From assembly GCF_001598795.1 (NCBI RefSeq), contig NZ_BCZP01000006.1, positions 30,001 through 62,000 of the forward strand: a DNA stretch of 32,000 bases, in the 5' to 3' direction. The translations under genes and the position numbers were made by a program. The notes beneath the pieces are model-generated. The model did not search any database. It had not been told where the DNA came from and saw nothing but the letters and a program-made list of their open reading frames with translations. This document shows positions 29,007-32,000 of this stretch, piece after piece (position 1 is the first letter of the stretch; the number at the start of each line of letters is the position of its first letter). This DNA is from Delftia acidovorans NBRC 14950. GTDB taxonomy: Bacteria > Pseudomonadota > Gammaproteobacteria > Burkholderiales > Burkholderiaceae_C.

Positions 29007-29747
29007 ATGAGCACCGTGGATAACAAGACACCCGTCACCGTGGTCAGCGGCGCCAGCAACGGCATCGGCCGCGCCATCGCCGAGGCACTGCTGGCCCAGG
29101 GCCGCGCCGTGGTCAACCTCGACTACGTGCTGCCCGATTGGAGCCACCCTCTGCTGGTGAGCTACCAGGCCGACCTGACCAGCGAGCAGGCCACCGCCGA
29201 GGCGGCGGCCCGCATTGCCGCCGCGCACAACGTGGTGGCCCTGGTCAACAACGCGGGCGCCACGCGCCCCGGCACCATCGACAATGCCAGCACCCAGCAT
29301 CTGGACGACGTGGTGGGACTGCACCTGCGCGCGCCCATGCTGCTGGTGCAGGCCTTCCTGCCCACGCTGCGTGCCTGCGGCGAGGGGCGCATCGTGAACA
29401 TGTCCTCGCGCGCCGCGCTGGGCAAGCCCGACCGCATCGTCTACTCGGCGACCAAGGCCGGCCTGATCGGCCTGACGCGCACCCTGGCCATGGAACTGGG
29501 CCGCGACCGCATCACGGTCAACGCCCTGGGTCCCGGCCCCATCGCCACCGAGCTGTTCACCAAGAGCAACCCCGAAGGCGCGCCGCAGACCCAGCGCATC
29601 CTCAATAGCATTGCCGTGGGCCGCATGGGCACACCGGAAGACGTGGCCCGTGCCGCGCTGTTCTTCCTGTCGCCCGACAACGGCTTCGTCACCGGCCAGG
29701 TGCTCTACATCTGCGGCGGCACCACGCTGGGCGTGGCGCCCGTCTGA
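29007..29747 (+). CDS. Short-chain dehydrogenase/reductase (classical SDR)
   Basis: 246 aa, starting 7 nt after pcaF. VSGASNGIGRAIA (TGxxxGxG type), NNAG, and the catalytic Ser plus YSATK (YxxxK). Substrate unknown. Confidence 0.8.
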   Translation: MSTVDNKTPVTVVSGASNGIGRAIAEALLAQGRAVVNLDYVLPDWSHPLLVSYQADLTSEQATAEAAARIAAAHNVVALVNNAGATRPGTIDNASTQHLDDVVGLHLRAPMLLVQAFLPTLRACGEGRIVNMSSRAALGKPDRIVYSATKAGLIGLTRTLAMELGRDRITVNALGPGPIATELFTKSNPEGAPQTQRILNSIAVGRMGTPEDVARAALFFLSPDNGFVTGQVLYICGGTTLGVAPV

Positions 29748-29806
29748 CCACCCGTCTGACCGACCGCCTTTCCAGGCACAACACCCTTCAAGAAGAACCA
29801 CTGGAA

Positions 29807-29877
29807 GCGCCCGCTTGCACAGGCGGGCGCCACACAGGGCCTTGCCCTGGCCCAGCCCGGCGTTGCCGGGCTGGGCC
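29807..29877 (+). repeat. Two tandem GC-rich hairpins (REP-like or terminator-like)
   Basis: Hairpin 1: GCGCCCGC (29807-29814), N8, GCGGGCGC (29823-29830). Hairpin 2: GGCCCAGCCCGG (29849-29860), loop CGTTG, CCGGGCTGGGCC (29866-29877), a perfect 12-bp stem. No T tract follows either. Confidence 0.6.
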
Positions 29878-29910
29878 ATCCACCCTATTGCCGAATCAGG
29901 AGACCTCTCG

Positions 29911-30918
29911 ATGTCCGATCAAACCACCCACTTCACCCGCCGCCGTGGCCTGCAGGCGCTGGCCGCCGCATCCCTGACCGCGCTCGGCGCCCTGACCGGC
30001 ACCGCCGCCCTGGCCCAGGACGGCTTCCCCAGCAAGCCCATCACCATCCTCGTGCCCTTCGCCGCTGGCGGCACCACCGACATCCTGGCGCGCATCGTCG
30101 CCCAGGCGCTGCAGCAGGAACTGGGCCAGACCGTGATCGTGGACAACAAGCCCGGCGCTGGCGGCAACATCGGCGCCGTGGCCGCCGCGCGTGCACCGGC
30201 CGACGGCTACACGCTGTTCATGGGCACCGTGGGCACGCATGCCATCAATGCCGCGCTCTACGCCAAGCCCGGCTTCGACCCCATCAAGGACTTCTCGCCC
30301 CTGACGCGCGTGGCCAACGTGCCCAACCTGCTGGTGGCCCACCCCAGCCAGCCGTTCAAGACCGTCAAGGAAATGATCGCCTACGCGCGCGCCAATCCCG
30401 GCAAGCTGAACTACGGCTCCTCGGGCAGCGGCAGCTCCATCCACCTGTCGGGCGAGCTGTTCCGCTCCATGACGGGCCTGGACATGGTGCACGTGCCCTA
30501 CAAGGGCAGCGCCCCGGCCATCACCGACCTGCTGGGCAACCAGATCGCCATCATGTTCGACAACATGCCCTCGGCCATCCAGCACGTGCGCTCGGGCAAG
30601 CTGCGTCCCATCGCCGTGACCACGGCCAAGCGCTCGCCCGAACTGCCCGATGTGCCCACCGTGGCCGAAGCCGGCGTGCCCGGCTACGAGGCCACTTCGT
30701 GGTTCGGCCTGTGGACCCAGGCCAAGACACCCGCTGCCGTGCAGCAGCGCCTGTACACGGCCATTGCCAAGGTGCTCAAGGACCCGGCCGTGGTCAAGAA
30801 GATCAACGACCAGGGCGGCGATGTCGTGATCGACACGCCGGCCGAGTTCCTCACCTATATCAAGGCCGAGTCCGCCAAGTGGAGCAAGGTCGTCAAGGAC
30901 TCCGGGGCGCAAGTCTGA
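29911..30918 (+). CDS. Bug-family (TctC-like) tripartite tricarboxylate transporter substrate-binding protein
   Basis: 335 aa from the ATG at 29911, with AGGAGA SD. Twin-arginine signal TRRRGLQALAAASLTALGALTGTAALA. PSKPITILVPFAAGGTTDILAR and VDNKPGAGGNIG are Bug family motifs. Confidence 0.85.
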   Translation: MSDQTTHFTRRRGLQALAAASLTALGALTGTAALAQDGFPSKPITILVPFAAGGTTDILARIVAQALQQELGQTVIVDNKPGAGGNIGAVAAARAPADGYTLFMGTVGTHAINAALYAKPGFDPIKDFSPLTRVANVPNLLVAHPSQPFKTVKEMIAYARANPGKLNYGSSGSGSSIHLSGELFRSMTGLDMVHVPYKGSAPAITDLLGNQIAIMFDNMPSAIQHVRSGKLRPIAVTTAKRSPELPDVPTVAEAGVPGYEATSWFGLWTQAKTPAAVQQRLYTAIAKVLKDPAVVKKINDQGGDVVIDTPAEFLTYIKAESAKWSKVVKDSGAQV

Positions 30919-30933
30919 CCTTCGTTTCCGTAT

Positions 30934-30961
30934 AAAAGAGCTGCTGCGTGCAGCTCTTTTT
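30934..30961 (+). terminator. Intrinsic terminator after the Bug gene
   Basis: AAAAGAGCTGC (30934-30944), loop TGCGT, GCAGCTCTTTT (30950-30960), then a T. Confidence 0.8.
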
Positions 30962-30989
30962 CATTGGAGCACCGACCTATTGCTAAGCA

Positions 30990-31149
30990 CCGCCCACATC
31001 GCACGAACGAGCGCGGCCCAACTCAGGGGCACCGAGGAAGGGCCTACGCCGGCCGCGCCGCCCCGCACCGAGGGTGTCGTCCCCCTTCAGGGGCGCCGTG
31101 CAACGGGGAAAGGCGCGAAGCGACTCAGGGGGTAATCATTTCAATCCAG
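30990..31149 (+). repeat. Dispersed intergenic repeat, copy 3
   Basis: GGGGAAAGGCGCGAAGCGACTCAGGGGG at 31105-31132. CACCGAGGAAGGGCCT..GCCGGCCGCGCCGCCCCGCACCGAGGGTGTCGTCCCCC matches the reverse complement of copy 2. CCGCCCACA (30990-30998) and TTTCAATCCAG (31139-31149) are shared with copy 1. Confidence 0.85.
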
Positions 31150-31938
31150 CAGATCGGAGTAGTCACCCTTGTCGTAGCCTTCGATGGCCTTCCAGGGCTG
31201 GGCCAGCGGGGCGGGCAGCTTGCTGGCGGTGACCACGATGCGCTCGGTGCCGTGGGAGTCGCTGCGCTCCACGCGGCGGGCGAACTGGTTGGCCACGTCC
31301 CAGTCGATGACGGTGGTTTGTTCGCCTGCCGTGCCGCGGTAGCGCTGCACGCCGTTGTGCGGCTTGCCCACGCGTTCCATGCCTTGCAGCGCGGTGGGCG
31401 GCACGATCCAGTAGACGTTGTCGAAGGAGCCGCCGTAGCCGACGTTGCCGTGGTGAGCCAGGTCCACGCTGATGACGCGGCGCAGCTTGGCCAGGATGAC
31501 TTCCACGCCCACCTTGCCGTCATCGGCGCGGCGGATGGACAGGGGTGCGGCGCGGGCCTCGTCATGGGCGTGGCCGGCGTGCGGGCCGTGGGCATGGTCG
31601 TGGCCGTGGTCCTGGCTCTGGCGCAGGGCGGCGGGCATTTCGCGCTCTATCCACAGCTGGGCCTTGCGGCGGTAGACACGGTTGGTATAGACGCTGCTGC
31701 GCTGCACGCCATCGCTGCCCACGCTCATGGCTTCGTAGGTGATGCGCAGGTCGGCCTCGGGCGTGGCCTGCACGGCGGCCGTGGTGCGCGCCACGGAATC
31801 AGCAGGGACTGCGGCCGTGGGTACGGGTGCCGCCGCCTTGGCCGGCTCGGCGGCCCATGCTGCGGAGACGGAACAGGCCAGCAGCGCGGCCGCGTAGATG
31901 TGGCGCGCCGCGCGCGGCGCCGGAAGGGAAAGCGTCAT
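31141..31938 (-). CDS. Secreted hypothetical protein with a His-rich (HxH-repeat) segment
   Basis: 265 aa from the ATG at 31938. Signal peptide MTLSLPAPRAARHIYAAALLACSVSAAWA followed by AEP. DHGHDHAHGPHAGHAHD is encoded at 31561-31611. I recognise no family. Confidence 0.6.
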   Translation of the reverse strand: MTLSLPAPRAARHIYAAALLACSVSAAWAAEPAKAAAPVPTAAVPADSVARTTAAVQATPEADLRITYEAMSVGSDGVQRSSVYTNRVYRRKAQLWIEREMPAALRQSQDHGHDHAHGPHAGHAHDEARAAPLSIRRADDGKVGVEVILAKLRRVISVDLAHHGNVGYGGSFDNVYWIVPPTALQGMERVGKPHNGVQRYRGTAGEQTTVIDWDVANQFARRVERSDSHGTERIVVTASKLPAPLAQPWKAIEGYDKGDYSDLLD

Positions 31939-32000
31939 GGAATCCAGCCAATGCGAAAAAACCGGGGCCGGGCACACGCATGTGCCACGGCTCCGGCCAG

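Noticed and set aside
27719-29879. Minus-strand ORFs 27719..29116 (465 aa) and 28830..29879 (349 aa)
   Set aside because: These are antisense shadows of pcaF and the SDR. No motifs, shadow-type composition.
29611-29910. 100-codon extension upstream of the Bug protein
   Set aside because: It overlaps the SDR 3' end and the hairpin-filled spacer. The ATG at 29911 has an AGGAGA SD and begins a proper twin-arginine signal peptide.

Overview
GC-rich chromosomal segment whose gene content and synteny (his-tat cluster, Bug/TctC binding protein, pca genes) look betaproteobacterial, Comamonadaceae-like; this is inference, no search was run. Positions 1-11050 (minus strand) carry a Pel exopolysaccharide operon, pelA-B-C-D-E-F. 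pelF is cut by the left edge and is therefore missing from the ORF track; I recovered it by manual translation. A GalE-type epimerase is transcribed divergently from pelA across a 234-bp AT-rich spacer full of repeat and palindrome motifs. The rest is mostly core metabolism. Plus strand: hisF, hisI, hisE, a small membrane protein, a patatin-like phospholipase, a HIT protein and tatABC. Minus strand: gltB-gltD, a single-copy RAYT-like Y1 transposase homologue and pcaR. Plus strand again: pcaIJF, an SDR and a Bug-family binding protein. A secreted His-rich hypothetical lies at the right edge. I saw no rRNA, tRNA, CRISPR array, prophage or recognisable defence island. I do not see a clear-cut new multi-gene system. 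The best leads are: (i) a dispersed 120-160 bp structured repeat family with three copies, one supplying the tatC stop codon; (ii) the operator-like array between pelA and galE; (iii) the pel-linked epimerase with a Cys gatekeeper residue; (iv) the RAYT-like gene with a degenerate HUH motif; (v) pel and galE sitting directly upstream of hisF where hisA/hisH would be expected. Many very long ORFs in the track, up to 1618 aa, are codon-aligned antisense shadows of real genes and were rejected.
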